This document shows, one piece after another, positions 41,222-49,967 of a DNA stretch of 64,000 bases; position 1 is the stretch's first letter, and each line of letters starts with the position of its first letter. Source of the DNA: Chloroflexota bacterium (lineage in GTDB: Bacteria > Bacillota > Sulfobacillia > JBFLWA01 > JBLNDB01); NCBI GenBank assembly GCA_050261235.1, contig JBLNDB010000038.1, positions 13,445 to 77,444 on the forward strand, in the 5' to 3' direction. Position numbers and translations under genes: made by a program. The notes beneath the pieces are model-generated. The model was not told where the DNA came from and did not search any database. It saw nothing but the letters and a program-made list of their open reading frames with translations.

Positions 41222-42229
41222 ATGTACAACCTGCGACGTTTGTTCGACGGCCTGATGCTGGTCATCATCGGCGGCGTGCTGCTGCTGAACACGTTCGGCA
41301 TCGTGCCCTGGAGCATCTGGTACGGCGTCTGGCGCTTCTGGCCCGTGCTGCTGATTGCAGCCGGCGTGTCGCTCGTACTCGACCGTGCCGTCCCCTTCAC
41401 CGGTCTCGTCTGCCTGGCCCTGATCGCGATCCTGACGGTCTCCTGGTTCTGGCCGCAGACCGTCCGCCTGCCATGGCAGGGCTTGGCCTTCCGTACCGCT
41501 CGCGAGTGGCGCGCGCTGACCCGCCAGCATGATGAAGTCGCCACGTCCCTGCCAGCTGATGCCAGCAAGCCCTTCAAGGTAAACCTGGACTTCCGCGCCG
41601 GTGAGCTGCGGATCGGCGGCACCACCAGTCAGGCGTACAACGCCAAGTTCGACTTCTACGGCGAGCGCCCATTGGTCAACATGGATTCCGACAGCAACGG
41701 CCCCACGCTCGACATCAGGGCCGCCGGCGGCAGCCTTGGCCTGCCGGACTGGTTCCTCACCGACAAGGGCCCGTGGGAAATCTGGGACATCGCCTTCAAC
41801 CCCGATGTCCCGCTCGACCTGACCGCCGACCTGAGCGCTTTCGATGCTGACCTCGACCTGACTCAGTACAACCTGACCGCGCTGAACGTCGATGCTTCAG
41901 CCGGCGATCTCACCGTCAGACTCGGCGACAAGTCGGCGCAGCAGAGCATCGACATCGACTCGAGCGCCGGCGCCGTCAAGCTCTATGTCGGCAATGCGGC
42001 GAAGGTCGAGATCAACGCCAGCGCCAGCGCCGGCAGCGTCGAGGTCGTCGTCCCGCGCGGCGCCGCCCTGCGGATCCTCGAACGCAGCTCCCTCTCGAGC
42101 GGCAATGCCAAGGACCTTGGCCTGAACAAGGACGGCGACTACTGGATTTCAAGCGGCTACGACACCGCCGCCCAGAAGATCGACATCGAGTTCTCCGGCA
42201 GCGCCAGCTCGCTTCGTATCGTCAGGTAG
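41222..42229 (+). CDS. LiaF-like membrane protein with C-terminal DUF4097 (putative beta-helix) domain
   Basis: Two N-terminal TM helices (…LLLNTFGIVPW…WRFWPVLLIAAG) and a C-terminal repeat-rich beta domain. Confidence 0.65.
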   Translation: MYNLRRLFDGLMLVIIGGVLLLNTFGIVPWSIWYGVWRFWPVLLIAAGVSLVLDRAVPFTGLVCLALIAILTVSWFWPQTVRLPWQGLAFRTAREWRALTRQHDEVATSLPADASKPFKVNLDFRAGELRIGGTTSQAYNAKFDFYGERPLVNMDSDSNGPTLDIRAAGGSLGLPDWFLTDKGPWEIWDIAFNPDVPLDLTADLSAFDADLDLTQYNLTALNVDASAGDLTVRLGDKSAQQSIDIDSSAGAVKLYVGNAAKVEINASASAGSVEVVVPRGAALRILERSSLSSGNAKDLGLNKDGDYWISSGYDTAAQKIDIEFSGSASSLRIVR

Positions 42230-42249
42230 GCGGTCTCAATCGGGAGGAC

Positions 42250-43155
42250 ATGAACGTGCTGAACGGTAATCGCAGACTGCTCGACGGCGTCCTGCTCGTC
42301 ATCATTGGCGCCGTGCTGCTGCTCAACTCGCTCGGGATCATCCCCTGGGGGGTCTGGACCTCGCTCTGGCGCTTCTGGCCGGTCCTGCTGATCCTGGCCG
42401 GCGTGTCGGTCATGACCCACCAGCGGATCCCCTTCCTCGCCCTGCTGATCGCGGCGCTGGTGGTGATCCTCGTACTCGGCTACGCCTTCCCGACCCGCTT
42501 CGAATTCGGCTGGACCTTCGGTCGTCGCAGCCACACCGGCAATTCGCTGCCAGTGGCCGCAGACGCGGTTGGCAAGCCGCTCAGGGCCTCGCTGACCTTC
42601 GGCGCCGGTGACCTGAGAATCGGCGACACGACCGATCAGGCCTTCACGGTCGACGTCGACCACTACGGGCCGGTGCCGATCATCTCCTCCGCGAGCGGCT
42701 CGGCCGGCACCACGCTTGAGGCGCGCTCCGGCCTCGCGGGGTCGCGGGTCGTCAGCGGCCGCACGGAGACCTGGCGGGTCGCGTTCAACCGCGACTTGCC
42801 CCTTGACGTGACCGTCAACGCCGGCGCCTGCGATGCCAAGCTCGACTTCAGGGCCTACAATCTCGCCCGACTGGTCGTCTCGGCCGGCGCCAGCGACCTC
42901 GACATCTCCATCGGCGAGCGCGGGCCATCGGTCGATGTGACAGTGTCCTCGGCGGCGTCCGATGTCGAACTGCGCCTGCCGCCAAGCGCCGGCGTCCGCC
43001 TGAGAGCCCACTCGGTCCTCAGCGAGAACAATCTCAGGCAGGCCGGGCTCGTCCGTGAGGGCGACTACTGGGTCTCCGAGGGCTTCGAGGCGGCGGCTCA
43101 GAAAATCAACGTGGTAATCAACGGCGTCATCGGCGACATCAACATCATCCGCTGA
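42250..43155 (+). CDS. Paralogous LiaF-like/DUF4097 membrane protein
   Basis: Same architecture and clear similarity to 41222-42229 (LLLNSLGIIPW…WRFWPVLLILAG). Confidence 0.65.
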   Translation: MNVLNGNRRLLDGVLLVIIGAVLLLNSLGIIPWGVWTSLWRFWPVLLILAGVSVMTHQRIPFLALLIAALVVILVLGYAFPTRFEFGWTFGRRSHTGNSLPVAADAVGKPLRASLTFGAGDLRIGDTTDQAFTVDVDHYGPVPIISSASGSAGTTLEARSGLAGSRVVSGRTETWRVAFNRDLPLDVTVNAGACDAKLDFRAYNLARLVVSAGASDLDISIGERGPSVDVTVSSAASDVELRLPPSAGVRLRAHSVLSENNLRQAGLVREGDYWVSEGFEAAAQKINVVINGVIGDINIIR

Positions 43156-43362
43156 GTGGCTGGACTGGAGAGGAGACCGCAACCGCGGTCTCCTTTCGTC
43201 TGCCCGCCCGCTGGCTGCCACTGGCCTGGGCAGGATTTGTCGCTCACTCTGTCCAATACCCTGAGGCACGCGCCGAGTGTCGGACTGACGGCAGGGAATA
43301 GATATACACGACCGCTGGCACGGCCCAGCATGCCGAATCGGCGCCAGCAGGGAGGATGTTCT

Positions 43363-44715
43363 ATGGACAAAGATCAGACCAGCATGAGCAAGGTCAATCT
43401 CGAAGACGTCATTGCGCGCTGCCAGGAGGCGGTGGCGAAGAACCCCAGGAACGTGGCCGCGCAACACGATATGGGCGTCGCTTACCTTCAGAAGGGCGAG
43501 CACGACCGGGCGATCGAGCAGTTCGTGAAAGTCGTCGAACTCGACAAGAAGAACACCAGCGCCCACTATCTGATGGGCATCGCCTACGCCGAGAAGGGGC
43601 AGTGGGACCAGGCCGTCGACGAGTGGAAGATCGTCGTCAAGCTCGACCCGCGTCACGCCGGCGCCCGTCTCAACCTCGGCAAGGTCTACACGATCAAGCA
43701 GATGTGGGATGCGGCGATCTTCGAACTGAAGAAGTGCATTGAGATCGAGCCGAGGAACAGCGAGGTGCTGGCCCAACTGTACCTTGGTGAAGTCTACATG
43801 GCGCGCCATGAGTACGACAAGGCGATCGAGATACTCGAGCAGGCGGCGTTCATCAACCCGAACAAGGCCGCCGTCCACATCGACCTCGGCGTCGCCTACC
43901 TCAACCGCGGCAAGTTCCAGGAGTCGATTTTCGCCAGCCGCAAAGCCCTCTCACTGGGCGAGGACACGGCGAAGGTGCACTGCAACATCGGCCTCGCCTA
44001 CCTTGCGTCCGGCGAGCCGGACTCGGCCATGGCGGAATTCCGCGAGGCGATCGAGGCCGACGAGAACAGCACGCAGGCCTATGTGCTGCTTGGCGAGTCG
44101 CTCGCCGTCAGCGGCGATGTCGATGCCGCAATCAAGGCCTGGCGCAAGGCGCTCGAGATCAACCCGAAGGAGTGGGACGCCACCTACAACATCGGGCTGG
44201 CGACGGCCACCAAGGGCATGCTGGATGATGCGATCAAGATCTGGCGCGACCTGCTGCAGGCGAACCCGCTCTACCTCGACGCCAAACTGCGCATCGCGAC
44301 AGCCCTGGCGATGCAGGGCAAGGATGACGAGGCGATCGCCGAGTGGGAGTCGCTGCGCAAGCTCGACGCGAACCAGCCTGCGCCGTACATCAACATCGGC
44401 GAGATCGAGCTGCGCCGGGGCCGCGCCGACGCCGCCGCGGCGGAGCTCAACAAGGCCCTCGAAGTGTCGCCCAATGATTCCTATGCCCTGCTCCGATTGG
44501 CCCTGGTCAGTCTGGTCAAGGGCAACGCCGGCGCCGCCATCAGTCAACTGAAGCAGGCCAAGGCCGGCGACCCGAACATCGTCGCCCGCGACGCGCTGGT
44601 GCTGCGGGCCGTGGTCACGCCGTCGCTTGCCAAGCGGCTCGAGGCGGCGGCAGGCCGCGACCGCGAAGCCGTCGACCTGGTCAAGTCGATCAACGGCATG
44701 CTGGCCAAGAAGTAA
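43363..44715 (+). CDS. TPR-repeat protein (~11 TPR units)
   Basis: Reiterated AxxxLGxAYxxxGxxDxAIxxxxKAxEL 34-aa units; ATG after GGGAGGA. Confidence 0.8.
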   Translation: MDKDQTSMSKVNLEDVIARCQEAVAKNPRNVAAQHDMGVAYLQKGEHDRAIEQFVKVVELDKKNTSAHYLMGIAYAEKGQWDQAVDEWKIVVKLDPRHAGARLNLGKVYTIKQMWDAAIFELKKCIEIEPRNSEVLAQLYLGEVYMARHEYDKAIEILEQAAFINPNKAAVHIDLGVAYLNRGKFQESIFASRKALSLGEDTAKVHCNIGLAYLASGEPDSAMAEFREAIEADENSTQAYVLLGESLAVSGDVDAAIKAWRKALEINPKEWDATYNIGLATATKGMLDDAIKIWRDLLQANPLYLDAKLRIATALAMQGKDDEAIAEWESLRKLDANQPAPYINIGEIELRRGRADAAAAELNKALEVSPNDSYALLRLALVSLVKGNAGAAISQLKQAKAGDPNIVARDALVLRAVVTPSLAKRLEAAAGRDREAVDLVKSINGMLAKK

Positions 44716-44860
44716 CGGGATGTCGAAGCGGGCGGGGAGGCCTTCCCCGCCCGCTCTTGTTGTCTTGACGCCGCTCGCGGCCCCTGTGGGAGAGGAATTT
44801 GCCGAGTGCCGCCGAATTGTGGCTAAGATAGGCAGTTATCCCACTGCGAGGAGGGTCCGG

Positions 44861-46297
44861 ATGGAAGTCCGCGATCTGATGCAGACGACAATCGCGACCG
44901 TACCGCCGCGGGCGCCGATCCAGGAGGTCGCCCGGGTGATTGTCGCCACTGAGAATCCCTGCGCCCTGGTCGTCGAGGACGACGGGCGGCTGCTCGGCCT
45001 GATAGCGAAACAGGACATCGTCAAGCTGCTGTCCGAGATCATCGACGTCTCCGATATCACCGCTCAGGAAGTGATGATTCCCCGTCCGGAAGTGGTCACT
45101 GTCTCGCCGGAAATGGATCCCCTGGAAGCGGCCGACCTGATGACCAAGCGCGGCATCGACCAGGCGCCGGTGGTCGAGGATGACAGACTCATCGGCGTGC
45201 TGACGCGCGATCGGACGAACGAATACTACTGGCAGCGCGAGGCCGACCGCCGCGGGCAGGAATCGTGGGAGCGGAAGGCCGGCACGATCCTCAAAGCGCT
45301 GCACGACGGACTGATTGTCGTCGACCGCGATCTGATCATCCGCGAGTTCAACGAGTCAGCCGGCCGCCTGACCGGACTCGATCCGAAGGAGCGGCTGGGG
45401 CAGAAGGCGCGGGTTGTCAGTTCGGCGGCGTCGCCGATCTTCGACGTTCTCGCCACCGGTCAACCACTGTACAATGTCGAGACGCCGATGCAGGATGGCA
45501 GTATCTGGGTTGTCAACTACCTGCCCATCATCGAGGGCGACGAGGTCACCGGCGTCGTCCAGACGTTCACCGATGTGACCGAGGCCAAGCGCATCGAGAA
45601 CCAGCTGCGGACGACCAAAGAGGAGCTCGACAAGGCGTTCGCCCTGACCCTGCCGAACTCGCGCGTCGAGTACAAGCTCAAGACAACGCCCGAGTACCGT
45701 GATGAGTACGACCCCGAGACGGGGCTGATCCGGATCACCGAGGTCATCGAGGCGGGCAACTACATCCACGTCGTCAACGCGCTGAAGGTCGCGGCCGACC
45801 TGAATGACAAGGGCGTCATGCACCTGATCGGCATCAACAAGGACGATCTCGTGCAGGCGATTATTTTCCACGACCTCGGCAAATCCCAGCCGGAGCTTGA
45901 GGTCGGCTCGACTGTCGATCCGCGCGCCGTGTTCGAAGAGGGCCGCCTGCACGCGCTGCGCAGTTCGGACATCGCCGGCCATTACTACGGCAAGAACGAA
46001 GACGTGGTCACGATCATCAAGTACCATCACCATCCGGAAGAGGAGCTGCCGCCCGAGTTCCCGAGCTACCTGTTGCCGATGCTGCGGCTGTTCAAGGTCA
46101 TCGACGGTCTGTCGGCAGCGCTCACCCGGCGCAACGCGACCATCGAACTGGACCGCGTCGGCTCCTGGATCCACATCAGCGAGCGGAACGCTCACCCGGA
46201 CTATAACCGTTGCTGGGAGCTCAACCTCGTGACGGGCGAACGCCGCGTCCTCGAGAACTATCCGCTGCCGGGGCCCTCGCCGATCGTGCGCAGGTAG
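44861..46297 (+). CDS. Signalling protein: CBS pair - PAS - HD-like domain
   Basis: Two CBS motifs, a PAS segment (ILKALHDGLIVVDRDLIIREFNESAGRLTGL), and a C-terminal HD-like domain (IFHDLGKS…HHHPEE). Confidence 0.65.
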   Translation: MEVRDLMQTTIATVPPRAPIQEVARVIVATENPCALVVEDDGRLLGLIAKQDIVKLLSEIIDVSDITAQEVMIPRPEVVTVSPEMDPLEAADLMTKRGIDQAPVVEDDRLIGVLTRDRTNEYYWQREADRRGQESWERKAGTILKALHDGLIVVDRDLIIREFNESAGRLTGLDPKERLGQKARVVSSAASPIFDVLATGQPLYNVETPMQDGSIWVVNYLPIIEGDEVTGVVQTFTDVTEAKRIENQLRTTKEELDKAFALTLPNSRVEYKLKTTPEYRDEYDPETGLIRITEVIEAGNYIHVVNALKVAADLNDKGVMHLIGINKDDLVQAIIFHDLGKSQPELEVGSTVDPRAVFEEGRLHALRSSDIAGHYYGKNEDVVTIIKYHHHPEEELPPEFPSYLLPMLRLFKVIDGLSAALTRRNATIELDRVGSWIHISERNAHPDYNRCWELNLVTGERRVLENYPLPGPSPIVRR

Positions 46298-46361
46298 GGC
46301 GGATGATTCGCCGCGACATGGCGGCAAGCTATCCGCGACCGACAACGGAGGTGCAACGGCA

Positions 46362-46898
46362 TTGGGACGCACGGAACGCCGCGGGTTGATCATGGTCTAC
46401 ACGGGCGACGGCAAGGGCAAGACGACGGCCGCTCTCGGGCTGGCGATGCGTGCCATCGGCCACGGGTTCAAGGTGTTCATGGTCCAGTTCATGAAGGGCG
46501 ACGAGACGGGTGAGATCACGACGGTCGAGAAGTACCTCGGCGGCCAGATGAAGGTCGTCCAGAGCGGCGCGCCGGCGTTCGTCAACCCCGGGGCGCCATC
46601 GGACGAGGATATCGCGCTCGCCGGCAAGGGGCTGGCATTGGCCCGCGACGCCGTGCTGAGCGGCGACTACGATCTCGTCATCATGGATGAAGCCAACGTG
46701 GCGATGGACTACGGCATGCTGCCGCGGAGCGGCGTCATCGAGCTGCTGAAGCAGAAGCCGGCCTGGGTCGACGTCGTCATCACCGGGCGCGGCGCTCCGC
46801 GCGAGATCGTTGATCTGGCGGATCTCGTGAGCGAGGTCAAGGAGATCAAGCATCATTACCGGCAAGGGATTGAAGCGCGGGAAGGAATCGAGTACTAG
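46362..46898 (+). CDS. cobO: Cob(I)yrinic acid a,c-diamide adenosyltransferase (CobO/CobA/BtuR family)
   Basis: GDGKGKTTAALG P-loop and DEANVAMDYG motif typical of ATP:corrinoid adenosyltransferase. Confidence 0.85.
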   Translation: MGRTERRGLIMVYTGDGKGKTTAALGLAMRAIGHGFKVFMVQFMKGDETGEITTVEKYLGGQMKVVQSGAPAFVNPGAPSDEDIALAGKGLALARDAVLSGDYDLVIMDEANVAMDYGMLPRSGVIELLKQKPAWVDVVITGRGAPREIVDLADLVSEVKEIKHHYRQGIEAREGIEY

Positions 46899-46947
46899 AA
46901 CGCCGGGCCGGCCGCCTCCTGCGGCTGACTGTGACCGGACAACGAAC

Positions 46948-46986
46948 GCAGCCCCGGGCCAGATGGCCGGGGCTGCTTTGTTTGTC
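46948..46986. terminator. Hairpin terminator between convergent cobO and the minus-strand membrane gene
   Basis: gcagccccgg-gccagatgg-ccggggctgc followed by tttgtttgt. Confidence 0.7.
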
Positions 46987-47001
46987 CTCCTGGGCCGGCC
47001 G

Positions 47002-47448
47002 CTAGCGCGTCGCGCGGACGCCGCCGGCGCGGAACGGCCTGCCGATAAGCCGCACCGCGACGGACAGGATGCGGGTGATGAGCACGCCGGCGACCATCGA
47101 AAACGCGAACAGGGCGGCGTTGCCGAACACTCCGATCGCCCGCAGCGCTGCGATCAGCGCCAGGTTGGGCGATGCCCCGGCGCCGGTCTGCCAGCCGATC
47201 AGACCGACAGTCCACGCCGCCAGATCGAGGCCGGCAAATGACGGGAACTGGGCGACCATTCTGAGCAGCGACAGCGTCGAGGTGAAGGTCGTCCGGCTGA
47301 TCAGACCCGTGACGTTGGCCAGCCAGCCAGTGGCGACGAGGTCGGCGACGCCGGTCTTGGCGTTGCCCATCAGTGCCGTCAGCCAGCTGGCGCCGGCGAG
47401 GCCCCAGAAGACACCGAGCCAGTCGCTAATCACGTAGCGATGTTTCAT
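47002..47448 (-). CDS. Small membrane protein (hypothetical)
   Basis: 4 hydrophobic helices; start taken at MKHRYVIS (47448) because a longer ORF would overlap the divergent MFS leader. Confidence 0.45.
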   Translation of the reverse strand: MKHRYVISDWLGVFWGLAGASWLTALMGNAKTGVADLVATGWLANVTGLISRTTFTSTLSLLRMVAQFPSFAGLDLAAWTVGLIGWQTGAGASPNLALIAALRAIGVFGNAALFAFSMVAGVLITRILSVAVRLIGRPFRAGGVRATR

Positions 47449-47581
47449 GTCCGTGCACCCCGGTATCGGTATATGCTGTCCCGTTCGGCGTCGGGCCGTC
47501 GCGACCTGCTGCGAAGACAGGGGCCTGCAGGTAAAGTTTTCGCGCCAGTACGACAAAAACAGGGGGCAGGAGTTTTGCTAC

Positions 47582-48817
47582 GTGGGGCGAACTTTGTCTG
47601 GTGCTCATTTTGGCCGCAGGATTCGTCGCAGCAAGGAGGAAGCCAGACTGGACAACGAGCTTGAACGGCAGAAGGCGCTCCGCAATAAGCAGTTCCTGGT
47701 GATCGCGCTCTGCGGTCTCCTGTTTCAGATCGCCATGACCCTGCAATCCGGCGTGCAGATGAACTTCTACTCACAGCACCTCGGTCTGAACGGTGAGCAG
47801 GTCGGCTGGATCTCGAGCATCCGCGAGATCCCGGGCCTCCTGTCGATGGTCCTGGCGATGGTCGCGGTCTTCTTCACCGAAGGCGTGATGTCGGCGCTCT
47901 GCGCCGTCCTGTTGGGCATCGGCATCTTCCTGTTCGCGCCGGCGAGCAACCTGACGTCGCTGATCATCCCGACCACCGTCATGAGCATCGGTTTCCACCT
48001 CTTCTCACCGGTGCAGTCGTCGATGATCCTGCGCACCGCCGGCCCCGGCCAGCGGGCGACGCGAATGGGCCAGCTGAACAGCATCAACGCCGCCGGCGCA
48101 GTCATCTCCGCTTTCCTGGTCTGGCTGCTGTTCCCGCGCATCCAGTACAAGGGCATCTTCTACGTCGCGGCCGGCATCGCGTTCGTCGCCGCCGGCGTCA
48201 TCTACTTCGCGCGGCGCGAGGGCAAGGCCAATCTGCGCAAGTCAATCGTCTTCAAGTGGAAGTACATCCAGTACTACCTGCTGACGCTGCTTGGCGGGTC
48301 GCGCCGTCACATCAACCAGACGTTCGCAGCGCTGCTCATGGTCGAGCGGTTCGGCTGCACGCCGGCGACCATCGCCACCCTGATGGTGATCGCCAACATC
48401 CTCGCCATCCTCACCCGACCGGTCGTCGGTGGCATCATCGACCGGCTCGGCGAGGGCAAGGCCCTGACATTCAGCTACAGCGTGATCACCGTACTGTTCG
48501 TCGGCTACGCGTTCGCGCCGCAACTCTGGATGGTCTACGCGCTGTTCATCATCGACAACCTGTTCCTCGGCTTCGAGATGGCCATCACGACCTTCCTCGA
48601 CAAGATCGCCCCGCGCGAGGATGTTCAGCCCAGCCTCCAGATGGGCCAGACAATCAACCACATCGCCGGCGTCAGCGTGCCGGTGTTCGGCGGCGTCATC
48701 TGGAAGGCCTGGGGGCCGGCGGCGACGTTCCTGCTGGGCGCCGCCATCTGCGGCCTGTCGCTGCTGCAGGCGGCGCGCGTGCCGCGCGTCGAAGCCGATA
48801 CAGCCGTTGCCGACTGA
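47582..48817 (+). CDS. MFS transporter
   Basis: 12 predicted TM helices and an MFS fold; start uncertain (GTG 47582, TTG 47594, or internal GTG 47699 after an AAGGAGGA RBS). Confidence 0.7.
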   Translation: MGRTLSGAHFGRRIRRSKEEARLDNELERQKALRNKQFLVIALCGLLFQIAMTLQSGVQMNFYSQHLGLNGEQVGWISSIREIPGLLSMVLAMVAVFFTEGVMSALCAVLLGIGIFLFAPASNLTSLIIPTTVMSIGFHLFSPVQSSMILRTAGPGQRATRMGQLNSINAAGAVISAFLVWLLFPRIQYKGIFYVAAGIAFVAAGVIYFARREGKANLRKSIVFKWKYIQYYLLTLLGGSRRHINQTFAALLMVERFGCTPATIATLMVIANILAILTRPVVGGIIDRLGEGKALTFSYSVITVLFVGYAFAPQLWMVYALFIIDNLFLGFEMAITTFLDKIAPREDVQPSLQMGQTINHIAGVSVPVFGGVIWKAWGPAATFLLGAAICGLSLLQAARVPRVEADTAVAD

Positions 48818-48937
48818 CGCTACTGCCGCTTTCCGAATGACCAGAGGAAGAGCAAGACCCGGGCTCGCGCCGACCGCGCTGGCCCGGGTAGCTGTCTGTC
48901 GTGCGCTCCTCGTCCGGCGTCGCGCCGGCGGCTGAGA

Positions 48938-49885
48938 TTATAGCAGCCGGATCGCGAATTTCGGGCAGGCGGCGCGGCAGTAGCCGCAGAGAATGCACTT
49001 CCCGTGATCGCATTGCGCCTTGCCGCCTACGATCGCCATCGCCTCGTTGGCGCAGGCCTTGACGCACCGGCCGCAACCCTCACAGAAGGCGCTGACGAAG
49101 ATCTGCTTGCAGTGCTGCTTGACGGCGGCCCGCAGCTCGGCGGTGAGCGGCCGGCCTTCGAACACTGCCAGGTTGTACTCCAACTCGGCCAGTCGCCGCA
49201 TTCCGAGGGCGATGCTGTGGACCTCCGGCCGCTCGATGACCCAGCGCAGCGGTTCTTCGGCGTTGTCGTAGAGGTGGCCGCCGGCCAGCGGCTTCATCGC
49301 ATAGACGCCCTTGCCGGCCGCATGCGCCCGCCGGACGAGATCCAGCATGTCGTACCGGTCGCCGTCCAGGACGCCGATGTTCTTCTGGTTGATGATCGGC
49401 ATGACAATCTCAAGCTCGGGGCGGTCGAGCGCCACCTCAACCATGTGAGCGGTGTGGGTCGAGATCCCGGCCGCCCTGATGATGCCCCTGCTCTTGGCCT
49501 CGAGCAGGTACTCGAGCGCCGGCCGGCGACGCTCCAGCTCGGCCTCGGAGTTGCAGTTGTGGAGAAGGAAGAACTGGATGACATCGCGGTCGAGCGCCCG
49601 CCGGCACTCCTCGACCGCGTCCTTCATTTCATCGTAGCCGGCCTTGCCGGACTTGCTGACGATGACTACTTCCTCGCCGTAACCCCTGAGGGCGGGGGCG
49701 ATGTACGGGTATGACCTGTAGGACTGCGCCGTGTCGATGAAGCGAACGCCGTGCTCGAGCGCCGCCCGGATGAGCGGTGTCCCCTCCTCGACCGGAATTC
49801 CGGCCTGCAGCGGCGACATCGTCAGGGTGCCGAAGCAGAGCCGCGTCACTTCGACGCCGGTGTTGCCCATGATGACTTTCTCCAT
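48938..49885 (-). CDS. Aldo/keto reductase fused to C-terminal 2x[4Fe-4S] ferredoxin domain
   Basis: AKR motifs (IDTAQSY, …LHNC…) and C-terminal CxxCxxCxxxC…CxxCxxCxxxCP; RBS GGGAGGA 6 nt before the ATG. Confidence 0.8.
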   Translation of the reverse strand: MEKVIMGNTGVEVTRLCFGTLTMSPLQAGIPVEEGTPLIRAALEHGVRFIDTAQSYRSYPYIAPALRGYGEEVVIVSKSGKAGYDEMKDAVEECRRALDRDVIQFFLLHNCNSEAELERRRPALEYLLEAKSRGIIRAAGISTHTAHMVEVALDRPELEIVMPIINQKNIGVLDGDRYDMLDLVRRAHAAGKGVYAMKPLAGGHLYDNAEEPLRWVIERPEVHSIALGMRRLAELEYNLAVFEGRPLTAELRAAVKQHCKQIFVSAFCEGCGRCVKACANEAMAIVGGKAQCDHGKCILCGYCRAACPKFAIRLL

Positions 49886-49967
49886 CGCTTGTCCTCCCCG
49901 TTGTCTGCAGTGCTTGCTCCAAGAACTAGTCTGTCCTGCCGGTCCGTCCCCGTCAAGGGCAGCCGGC

